Assembly: GCA_951804945.1 (NCBI GenBank) | Contig: OX638160.1 | Span: forward strand, 11,470,001-11,534,000 | Source of the DNA: Podarcis cretensis | Lineage: Eukaryota | DNA length: 64,000 nt | Reading direction: 5' to 3' | Shown: piece after piece, positions 50,801 through 62,800 of the stretch | Position numbering within the stretch: the first letter of the stretch is position 1 | Layout: the number at the start of each line of letters is the position of its first letter | Notes under the pieces: generated by a model | Database searches by the model: none | Told to the model about the DNA's origin: nothing | Seen by the model: only the letters and a program-made list of their open reading frames with translations | Translations under genes and position numbers: made by a program

Positions 50801-53800
50801 TTTAGGCCCATGCACTTTCGTTTTGGCCTTACTCACCACTGGCATGTAGGTGCCAGAAAGTGGCCTATGGCTGAAAAATGTTCCTCACCCCTGTGCTGAA
50901 ACAGCTTGGATCCATATAACACCTTCCCCATATAATAAACATAGACTGTAATGTCAGCCACTGCTGTCCTGGCCCAGGCTTCATAATCTTTGGTTTTATA
51001 CCATCTGCACTCCAGCAATTTTCTGAACTGCTTCAGAAACATGAGCTCTTTGGTAAATCAGGGGGATTCTTGTCACTATAATGAGAGAGTATACTCAAGA
51101 GCCACTGTCCAATTGCTGCCATCTGCTGACAAGACAATGTAGCTATCAGATTTGAGTACAATTCCACACTTTCCAACAGTGTTGGAAACCTACAGGAACT
51201 GTAAACTGCCAGAAGGGCCATAGCTCAGCAGCAGAGAACACACTTACTGAGAATACTAATTAATAAGATAGCTAAGGAAATTATTCAAAATACTTTCCCT
51301 AAGCACTGTCCTTCTACTAATCCACCCAAAATTCCTGCTTTTAAGAACTCTGTTCTTCAAGTAGCCCTTACCAAAAGAAACAAAAACATACAAGCTGGTG
51401 TACCTTGTATTCCAGATTTTGATGGAGCTGGAGTGGATGTTGAGCTAAGAAGTGGATCTGAAGATGGATCTAGAAAATTTGTGTTCAAATTTGCTTTGCA
51501 AGAAATGTTAAGGCTCTCTTCACATAAATTATCTAAACTTGGTTTTCTTTGTCTACTGGTATCTAGGAGGTCTTTTCCAAAGAAGGCTTCCTACAATGAA
51601 AAACAAACACATTCCCCACATTTGAACATTGGAACACAAAACCAAAAACTGATTTCTTTACATACAAAACTATTGTTCACCCAATTTTCATTCTAAACCA
51701 CAGAGCCTAGGACTTCAGTGGTCCCTTTACCTTTACCTTTAATGTTAACTTTGTGACCAGAACATAGTAAAATTAAACTCAACACAAATGACTATTTTTT
51801 TTTATGTAAAGTTCTTGAAGTTAATTCATCACCCTTTACTTCCTATTCAAATACTTGTATCCTATGAAAAAAGAAGAAACATTTCCAATTTGGGGCAATT
51901 TCCCCATTACTCAACAGCTCCCTGTGCCCATCCAAGGTTGTTCAGGAGGCCTCCTGACCCCTTGGATAAGCTTTTTGGAGCACACAGACAGCTGCTAGAG
52001 TGAAGAGTAGATGGGGAACTTTTCTTCTGCAAACTTGGTTCAATTCTGCTATCTTAGCATACATATTAGGTAATATATGGTGAAAAGAATTAAGTTCTCC
52101 ATATTGCTCCATGCTGCTGAAAAAATAGCCTCTGTTTATAAGAATCAGTATACAAAATTAAATCCTCCTAGCAAGGGCAAACTATTTTCAACTGAAGCAT
52201 CTATATCAACATTAATACAGACATTTGGGTTATGTCTGAATAACATTCTATTGTTTTTGTTGGAAAACAAATGAAACAGGAAAATTAGAAGGAAAGGTGT
52301 AATTTATGTTTTAATGCTTAATAGCAAAAGGAGGCTGTTGAAACGATCGCTCTTTATGCAAAATCAACTTAGAGTGATAATGAATTACACAACTGGAAAG
52401 CAAATGTTTGTGTTTTACACCGATTAACAGTTTATTCAATATATGCAAATGCTAATCTTAAGCAGCACACTACGCATAGCAATGACTATACCTGCAAGTA
52501 CGCTGGGAAGATTTCTTCAAGCTTGTTTTTCTTCTTCCTGTAACGCTTTTTAATTTTTTCTGTATTCTCTGAAACAGGAGTAGTTTCATCAACGGGTGTA
52601 TCTAGTAGCTGTTCACTCCAACCTAACAATGACAATCATGCATAATAACAAATTTACTTATAACTCTTGCCCATTCTTGAGGTACTGCCCCACTCTGTTT
52701 AGCATCTGTACATCTCCTTAGTTTAAAACAGCAATATTATAAAAATTACAATAATGCAGAACTGCAGAGATGGACCAATTTAGCAAATGATGCATAATGT
52801 TTTCTTAAGGTATTCAGAGATGCTAAGTGAAATGAAACAAAATCTACAAAATTATTTCTGGGCTGAATTGAGATAACTGTGAAATAATTGCATTCGAGGA
52901 AGATAGGGAATGGTTTTTCTTCAACAGAAAATGAATGCTGAATACTGTATACCAGGGAGGTCCAACTCCCAAGAGACTGTGATCTACTCACAGAATAAAA
53001 AACTGGCAGTGATCTACCCCTTTTTTGGGGGGGGGGATCAGCTTTATTTAGAGGGGAATATCCTGAGATTGGCCCGAACCTCCCAGGTATCAACCAGTTG
53101 ATCCCAATCAACCTATTGGATATCCCTGCTATATACTGTAGATTGCATATCTGTATTTGTATAAGGTAAAGGTAAAGGTACCCCTGCCCGTACGGGCCAG
53201 TCTTGACAGACTCTGGGGTTGTGCGCCCATCTCACTTAAGAGGCCAGGGGCCAGCGCTGTCCGGAGACACTTCCGGGTCACGTGGCCAGCGTGACATCGC
53301 TGCTCTGGCGAGCCAGAGCCGCACACGGAAACGCCGTTTACCTTCCCGCTGGTAAGCGGTCCCTATTTATCTACTTGCACCCGGAGGTGCTTTCGAACTG
53401 CTAGGTTGGCAGGCGCTGGGACCGAGCAGCGGGAGCGCACCCCGCCGCAGGGATTCGAACCGCCGACCTTTCGATCGGCAAGCCCTAGGCGCTGAGGCTT
53501 TAACCCACAGCGCCACCTGCGTCCCCATGTATTTGTATACATTTTAGTAAAAAAGTCTCATAAGTGACAAATGCTATTTTTAAACAAATAATATTTGTTA
53601 CTGGATTAAACCTCTTAAAATGATGTTTCATTTAGGTGCTTTCATTAATTCTCATTATATTATCATTTTATATTAGCAGGATTGTTATTTTTCTCTTGTC
53701 AACCAAATGATACTGTGCAGAGTTATTCAGCTACTGAAGTGACACTTAAATACATTTAGCACCTTTTCAAGTGTTAAGTAAATGTCTGCAGTGTGTCAAG

Positions 53801-56800
53801 ATATGGAACCTACACATTACCACCTACGTTATGAAAAGCATCAGGAGAGATTTCTAAAAGATTGAGGGGAATTCCTACTTTTGATGAGCATTATTAGGTA
53901 ACTGAACAAGTCAGTTATGGGTAAATCAATATAATCAATCCAACTGCAGTATCATCCACTCTGCAGTTACTGTCCATTCCTAAAACAAAGCTATGGTAAC
54001 ATAGCATTTCATTAACATTGCCTTCATAATGATACAACCTATTGAGACGACAAGACCCAAACCCCAAATTATTGATTAAGGTAAAATCCCTGGTTCTAAA
54101 CAGAGCATAAAAAGTACTGGAGTTTGTGTACAGGTTATGTAAGGAGGCATTTAACCAGGTTAAACTAATTTATCAAGAGCAGATGCTATCACTACTATTT
54201 TTTTAAAGGTTGCACTGCACAAAACCCATTTGTCGGTTTTCACTCAACACTACTACATTACCTGTAGCCACCTCCTGACAGGCAATTTTGAGTATAAATG
54301 GGCAACATGAGACAGTGAGAACAGATGGCAGAAACAAGGTGAGATGGGTGGGTGAGCAAGCAGTTGCAGGTGAGGTGGAGAAGAGTTTTATTTGGCCCAC
54401 AATTTAAGTAAACTGACCTAATTCACACAGATCAGAATGCAGTGATCCTCTGAATTTCACAATACAGTTTTTTTGCTTAAAAACATACTGAAGAATGTAA
54501 TTTAGGATAAAATATTTATAGAAATGCATACATTGAAATAAAATGTTTATTTCGATATGTATTTTGCAGTAAAATACTGCAAAAAATATTTAAATAAAAA
54601 AAAAATAACAATTTTCATAGTTTTTTTTAATCCACAGATTAATGCACAAATGGTATGGAACAGGCTTAAGAAGAAACACGTGCAAAATTAATATGAACTG
54701 CTCAGGACAGGCACTTTTAAAATGATGCTTCAGGAATAAGTATGTGCTATGGGAAGTGCCGAAAATACAGACGTGGAGAAAACCAGTAGTTAATTTTTTA
54801 AAAATTGCATTATAATGAATCTTAACAATATAATGCTCCTATATTGAAGTACATGTTGCTATAGTGACAGATAATTTAACATAACTATCAGTGTCACATT
54901 TAAGTGGTTGATTCACATAATTAGTACCCACTTTCATCTCTGCTGGGTATCTGCTCAGATACAGAGCCAGAGGAGTCCTTCCTTGAAAGAGATCGTTTTG
55001 TTTTTCCCTGTCCTGTACGACTCCGCTGACGTACCATAAATCCACCAATGCCTGTAAAAACACACACAAATAATACACCTTGAATTTATTTGAATTAGGA
55101 AAACATACTTGGATTTCACCTTTTTGTAGATTCACAAACACTAAAGTCCACTTTAAGTATAAAACTGGAAGTGGATACACAGTACATATTTAGTAAGCAC
55201 CTGGCTCTACATCATAATACAAGAGGTGGTCATGCAACTTATTTTACGCTACCAGAACATGTGTCCAGGAGCTTTGAGTGATCCAGATGCATGGTCCTGA
55301 GATGTATATGTAATGAAAATGATGCACCAGTGCCTCACATACTATAGTAGGGATAGTGAACCCTTGATCCGTGGGCAGCAAGCCCTGGCCAACTGCCCCA
55401 CTCCTGATGTCATATGTAATATCAGGTGAGAGTCTTAAAGTGTTTCCAATTACGGTATTCTCTGGCAAGGGAGGCTAACTGCTACAGAGTTCCCCATCAG
55501 AAAAGAATTAGAATGGAAAGCATCTGCCAAAAACCCAATGAGGAGAATATGATGTCTATCTAGCAAACTTAACCAGATGGAATATGGAAGGGTGAAATAG
55601 AATGTCCTTTCATTCTTGCTGAGAGGATAATTTACTGGGTAAGCCATTAGGTAGAAGTACAGACGAAGTACAGACGTTGGGAGAGTTAGGAACAAACTGA
55701 TTTCACAACCATGTTTAGACCTACTGATCCTTGTAGAACATGCAAAATTCCCTCATCCTACATGTATAGAAAAAGAGTCTAATCTGAAACATTTGGATTA
55801 TGTTGTTGTGACAAGGAAAACAATATTCCAACTTCACTTTCAAAACTAGTGTCCCCCTTCCTGATACAGACTGTCTAGAGTTATTATACTTTGCACATGC
55901 ACTGGGGCAGAAAAGAAATTTCTTTTAACTGCTATGGTAGTTATTTGCTTTAATGAAAGGTGCTCTAACAGCACCGCCATGATAGTGTTATGGGGAGATA
56001 GTGTGTGCGCACATATACATTTTCCTGTCTTATACAGCGGAAGCAAACCACTCAGAACAGCAGGCCACCTATCTGGTTTAATGATCCATTGGCAAGTTTC
56101 AATACAAAATTAGTACTTAAGAGAATGATACGGGTAGTTCTCCTGTTTCGCAACATTGGAACACCATTCTTTAGAATCAGAAAGGAAATGAATTGTAACC
56201 CAATTAGAGGAAGCTGTAATATACAACAAACAGGGAAGTGATAATTCTCAGCAAAATCTTATCAAGTTTGTAAGTTAAAAGATTATTTACATATAGATAA
56301 TAAATATAAACCTAATGAATATGCAAACATCTGGAGCATGTACTCTACCAGGTCTGTATGGTTTTCTCTTTCTCTTTTTAATCCCCTCAGTTCCTTCTAC
56401 TCCCTTAGGATCATCATCTGCAGGCTCCCGTTCAGGGCTTGTATCAGATTTTCCCTCACAGTCCATGAGATCTCCTTCTGAATTTAAACACACACAAACA
56501 CATAAAACAATTATAAAGTAAAATCCATAGGGAGTTGTCATTTTCTCTTACAGAATTCTGCCTCACCTCTCAGGAAAAAGCTTCCTAAGGTATGAAATGG
56601 CATATATAAAATAACAAGCATAATAAAATCACACACAATTTTGAATGACAGCACACTGAAGAAGTAGTAGTAAAAACGGACTCTACTAAAATCAAATGCT
56701 GGGAAAAGACAGAAGGTATAAATGCTACTAGGGTTGGTGACTGACAAGCAGAGAAAGGTGTGGAATTTCAGAGGCAGGGTGCCATAACGGAAAAGGCCCT

Positions 56801-59800
56801 GTTTGCCACCCAAAGCACCTCTGATGGTGGGATGGGGGGGTGCACTGAGCAGAGCTTCCAAGTACACGTAGTTCTTCTAAGTCTGCTGGGCCTAGGTCAT
56901 CTAAGGTTCATCTGGCTTGAATGTCATTAGGACATGTGTACTTGTGCCCAGGTCCCATTTCTTCAACCTGAGTAGCAGCTGGCAGTCAGTAAAAGTTGCT
57001 AAAAGGTACTGAAGGTATGGAAGACAGCTGGGCATCCTGTTTAGTGGAGTTTTTAAAGTTTGATGTTTTATCATGTTTTTAATATTCTGTTGGGAGCTGC
57101 CCAGAGTGGCTGGGGAAACCCAGCCAGATGGGCGGGGGTAATAATAATAATAATAATAATAAGAAGAAGAAGAAGAAGAAGAAGAAGAACCTAATACACC
57201 TGTACTCATAAGCAGGCACTTATCATACTAATGAATAGCAATATTGCTGGGTATTTCATTACATGGGTTTCATTATGCAAGTCGTCTGTCTAGCATGTGT
57301 CAGTAAGTATTGTACTAGTCAGGTATTTCTCACGAAAGTTAAAATCCATTCATGACCTATGTATCTCCTTATATAACATCGCCATCGTGAAAGTCTAACA
57401 TCCCTTTGCTAATGAAGGTACTGGGAATTAATTGCTTATGTCATAACACTTACACGAACAGATGCAGTTGGTGGAGTACCTGTTTTGCATGCAAAAGGTT
57501 GCTAAAGCCACTGATAGGCAGAGCAGGCAACCAAAGAGTTATATATAGTTGGAAGGTTTCTTGGAGATAATCTAGTCCAAACCTCTGCTACATGCAAATC
57601 TATAACATTCTGTCTACTGAAGGGCAAAATTTCTGGTTCTATTCTGGAAGACCTGAACTACTGAAAATCCCAACTGCCTCAATATCCTCCTACAACCCAT
57701 GTCCTTCTGTAAACTGCTTCTATTGTTAACAGCGACATACAGCACAAAGCAACAATTACCTCTACTGTCATCCATCTCGCCATCCCTTGAATGTTCTGAT
57801 TGGATGTCAGGCAGGGTCTGGAGTACAGCCACACTGTTCTGGTTTATAATCTTCAACTTGAGCTTTGGCTTTGTCCGTTTTCTTCTTGGTACAACAGCAC
57901 TGAGGCTCTGTAACTGAGACATCCCTGTTTCTGTCAGACAGACTCCATCCTGAGTGTATGTCTTCGGTGGGTCTATGAAATTTGCATGAACCATAACAGG
58001 AATACACAACTTTAATAACCTTAGCTTACAAGCATTGTGTAACTCTATCCCCCCCAACTTTAAGGAACTTGCAATTAACATACTAACAATTATCCATTGT
58101 AACATCAGAGCAAAAGAAATAAAAATGAGCAGAACTATTTCTGAAGTAAATCAACATTGGTTCAGAATAACACAAAGCTTTTCCATTGATATATTATTTA
58201 TTCCAATCTGATAGAAAGGACAAATGACTGGTTCACATGTAATGCTAAACTCAACCATGGTTTAGCAAAAGTGTGTGGGTTCCCAGAGCCTAGGAACAAT
58301 CCTCTCTGATTGTTTTACTGCTGCACCATGCTGAACCAAGCCACGACATCTGAATCTGGGCTTCAAGTTTTGCTTTTTCCAGACTAACCATGAACTCTAA
58401 CCAAGCATTGTCCTGTGGTTTATGGCTTTTTCCAGGACTGCCTGGGTTCAGATGGCACACTAAGCCACAATATGGTTTCACTAAAGTGTGGCAAGTGAAT
58501 TACCGGGGTGAAGCAGCAATGAGCTCCTCTCTGGAAGCCTACATGGTCTTGCTAAGCCTAAATTTGGATTAGCATGAAATGTAAACCAGACCATTGTTTC
58601 TTTACAGTTTTCTTGATTGCTTCCTACAGATATTTATTCATGCTCTCACCATAGCATAACTACTTTGACCCTGCAAAGGTTCTATTCAAATTGAGTCCAA
58701 GGAAAAACCCATAAAGGCTGTTCCGTAAGCAATTTATAGCAGTGCTCATGTTAAGGGAGAAAAGGTAACAAATTAATGAAATCCAGAAAAAAACTACCCA
58801 CTAAAATGTCTCATTTCAGCCCTGTTTTTGGCTCACTTAAGGGATTTACTTAAACAAAAAATCTGCCTGTTCCATAAATTTTGAAGAGCAGTCGCATGTT
58901 CAAAAAAACTAAAACTTATAAGCACACACTTTTAGTACGAGGCGATATGATGACAAAAGATAAAAAGAGCTAAGAAACGTATTGATACAATGTAGAACTT
59001 ATTTCTAGGTTAAGCAGTAACCATGTTACGGGGCAGAAATAAAGAATTTTAAAAGTTACCAAATTCCTTTGCTTTTGTTATAATTTGAGTGGCAACTGAT
59101 GGTTCACAGCATTCAGAGGAAGGCACTGAAAGATAAAAATTGAAATTGGCTGTGAGTCCTGGAAGACCTGCTCCCTGCCTTGCAGGCCTTTTCCACATGC
59201 CCTTATTGACTCCAGCTACAAAAGCTGAGGCTGCTGAGGTAGCCAGATATCATCTTGTCTGTCTCAGTGCAGACCCAGGTCATCAAGTCTGAGCTTCCAC
59301 AGCTGCCACCCCCTGCCATAAACCACCATTGGCAGGACTGGCAGCAACAACACTAGATATGTTCTATGCTTATAATAGTATTTTATTCTCTTGTAAACTA
59401 TATTGGACTTCCTTTAGTAATTGTTTTATTTTGAAATCTTATAAGATAATGCTGTAGTTTCCTGTTATTTATATTGCTTTGGCTGTGTACCCTATATATG
59501 ACTTTCTTCAGTAACATTTTATTATAGATTCCTTTATTTGATGTTGTACTGTAAACCACTTTAAGATTTTTTCCCTTAAAAATATAAAGCGGTATAGAAA
59601 TGAAATGAATAAGGATGATGACGTTGCTTGTATTAAAATATATAATCCTCTATAACTATAGTTTTTGATGTTGGTATCATTTCTAATCTTCTGCAAGTCT
59701 CTTGTGCTCAGGCATGTCAGAAGTGCATTTTTAAATTTTTGAACAATTGAATTTTTTTAGGCTAATAAATTTCAGTTGACATTCACTGTTACCAGGAATA

Positions 59801-62800
59801 CAGTGGAAGGCTGAATATACAAATTAAAAACAACTATGTGCTAATAGTGTGTTGAAGAAATGCTTATATTTCTGGAAGCACTAGGCACAATCTAAAGAAC
59901 ATTAATTCCATAACAGCTCTCACTGAAAGCAGTAAAGCTTACAGCCTAATTCCATTCATGCATACCTGCAAGTTATTTTTTTTCTGACCTGTTTTTACCC
60001 ACAGCACCAGAACACTCTGCCAAGGCACCTATGCCCACAATTTCTTACTGATATACCAGAGGATCTCTGGCAGCATAACTGCTGATTCTCTCTCTGGTGG
60101 GTCTTCCTCTCTGCTGGTAGAGTGGCACTTACACAACTTCCAAGTGACCCTCAGTTGGCCTTTAGCTGGCTTTAAGATTGCTCCCTTAAATCAAGCCCTT
60201 CTAAGGGTTGTGAGAGAAAGCACAATGTACCATTTGTCCCTTTCAACAATAGCATTCATTTATTTTATTTCTTTGTATGCACAGCCTGCTCCATCTTGAA
60301 AAATCTAGGCAGGTATCAATTAATTTTTAAAAATGTAAATAATGCCTTTAAAATAAAATGAAAATCTAATTTGATGTAAACCTGAACAAGTTTATTTTTT
60401 AATGGTGTGGGAAACAACATTCCATAGAGGTTAAAGCCTGGATAATTTGAGAGACGGGGGATGGAAAGGCAGAAGCACATTTGGGAAGCCAAAGAGGCAG
60501 CAGTCCCATTTGACTTAGAAATAGCTAATTAAGACAAAGCATGATAATTTCAGAATTAACTAGCAAGAAATAGTATGGACAGACAGTGATTTGGATGTGG
60601 CAGCTGGCAGATTAACATATGAAGAAAACAAGAAATATAAGTTAGTTTAAAGATCAATAACACAATCTGCCAAGTGGGCAACCTCCATGAAGGACTCTGG
60701 TGCAAGACCCTTTAAATAGATGGAAGCCTGCCATTCTGCTATCACAGTCATTTCCCAAAACCTTCTAGGTATCAAAAGGTTATTGGAAAACCATTAGCAG
60801 CCCACTAAGAAGGGTTTTAGGATATGAAATTCTTTTAGACCCAGTGTTGTTGTTTTTACCCTTTTTCTGAATTATGTGGAAGACACAGTGAAGTAAGATC
60901 AAAAAGAATTTACTGCATGGTTTCTAATACAGTAAAGGTAAAGGTAAAGGTACCCCTGCCCGTACGGGCCAGTCTTGACAGACTCTGGGGTTGTGCGCCC
61001 ATCTCACTTAAGAGGCCAGGGGCCAGCGCTGTCCGGAGACACTTCCGGGTCACGTGGCCAGCGTGACATCGCTGCTCTGGCGAGCCAGAGCCGCACACGG
61101 AAACGCCGTTTACCTTCCCGCTGGTAAGCGGTCCCTATTTATCTACTTGCACCCGGAGGTGCTTTCGAACTGCTAGGTTGGCAGGCGCTGGGACCGAGCA
61201 GCGGGAGCGCACCCCGCCGCGGGGATTCGAACCGCCGACCTTTCGATCGGCAAGCCCTAGGCGCTGAGGCTTTAACCCACAGCGCCACCTGCGTCCCTCT
61301 TCTAATACAGTAACCACCGCTAAAATTTTATATGCAGGAAGGTGAGAGTGGAGATGATCAATGACACCACCTATTGAAGAATGGATTGGTAAAATTTGGA
61401 AGTTTGCTTCAATGGCTGAATTAATATGATACATCAGATTCAAAGTGGAGGAGACAATAACAGGGTAATTTTATGATGAATGGCATTTTCTTTATCAAAT
61501 ATAGTAAGAAAAATTGGATGCAATCTAATATAAACCATGGTTTTATAGTGTTCTGAAATATGATTAATTTTGCTATTTGGAATTCCTTAATGGTGGGAAG
61601 CAACAAGACACTGGTCACCTTTGAACGTGATATGACACAAAAGAAAGAAAGAGAATTGAAGTCAGAGTAGCGGTTGTGCTTCATTTGTAGATAGCACCTC
61701 AGCTTCCATAATATAAGAAACAATAATGATTGAACTGAGGATAAATCTTATGACAATGCCCTTATATATATATAAAAGGATGGGTGTGAGAAAAGAAAAA
61801 TTTGGAAATGTGTTTCTGGTATTAAGAAACAACGAAAACTGGAAGTTATTACAGGATATTGTTAATATAAACTATTGATAGGAATAGCTATACATGTGTT
61901 TGATATGATGTAGAGAAATGTGGTATATATGTTTGTTTGCCTAGAAGGTTTTCTCTGTGTGTTTTATTGGGGGGGGGGGGGAAATATTCTGTGTCCTCTT
62001 TGACTGTCAAAGGTCATGGCCTTATATTGTTATTATGTCAAAAGCCTGTCTGGCATTAGAAGCTTAGTGGGAGGTAAGAGAGAGTCGATCACCTTGAGAA
62101 TTTATTATATAGGACCTGGATCAGGTAAATTTATTCTAATTGGTCTAGGTGGCTGCCAGTTAGGAAAAGAGTTGAGATTTGACAGGGAGAGATGGTACAG
62201 TAACTCTGACTGCCATCATCATTACTTAGAGCAGTGGTTCCCAATTAGAGGTCCAGGAACCCCTGGGGGTGCATGGAACACACCCAGGGAGTCCACAGCC
62301 CCATCTCTTGCTTCCCTCCAGCTAAATTTTTGTCATTTTTGCATGGTAAAATCACAAATGTTATGGTCTGTTTTAGCGTTGTGCAGTTTCTCAATATATT
62401 GACCAAAATTGGTTTTGAAATCACACCTCAATAATATATTGCTCCTCACACGAAGGAAAGCAGGGCAGCCGACTGCAAGGTGCTGCCTTCCGCTCATGCT
62501 GACAGAGAGCAGGGCAGCTGATCGCCCTCACATCAAGGCACTGAGGCAGAGCAGCTTTTCTCAGTCAGCAGGAAAGCAGCCACAGTAGATGTGCATCTTC
62601 GCTGGCTGCTCCACTGACAGCAACTTCATGCACCCCCTCATCCCTATCCCCTCCCACTCAAACCACGAAGTAGAGGAGACTCTGTTTCCTCAACTCCCCC
62701 CCCCCACATCCAATCTCCACAGCTGAGCCTTGTTTGATCTCTATGACTGTTCCTTCCCTCATCCCCATGCCTGATTTCCAATTTCAGACATTGTGATATA

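Noticed and set aside
51370-51403. Second donor TTG|GTAAGG 32 nt past the exon 27 donor
   Set aside because: Would frameshift; a single motif with no other support
53129-53326. Near-identical ORFs [10 protein letters not shown]... at 53129-53326 and 60910-61098, and tRNA-like boxes
   Set aside because: Translations of SINE copies; the A/B boxes are SINE heads, not tRNA genes
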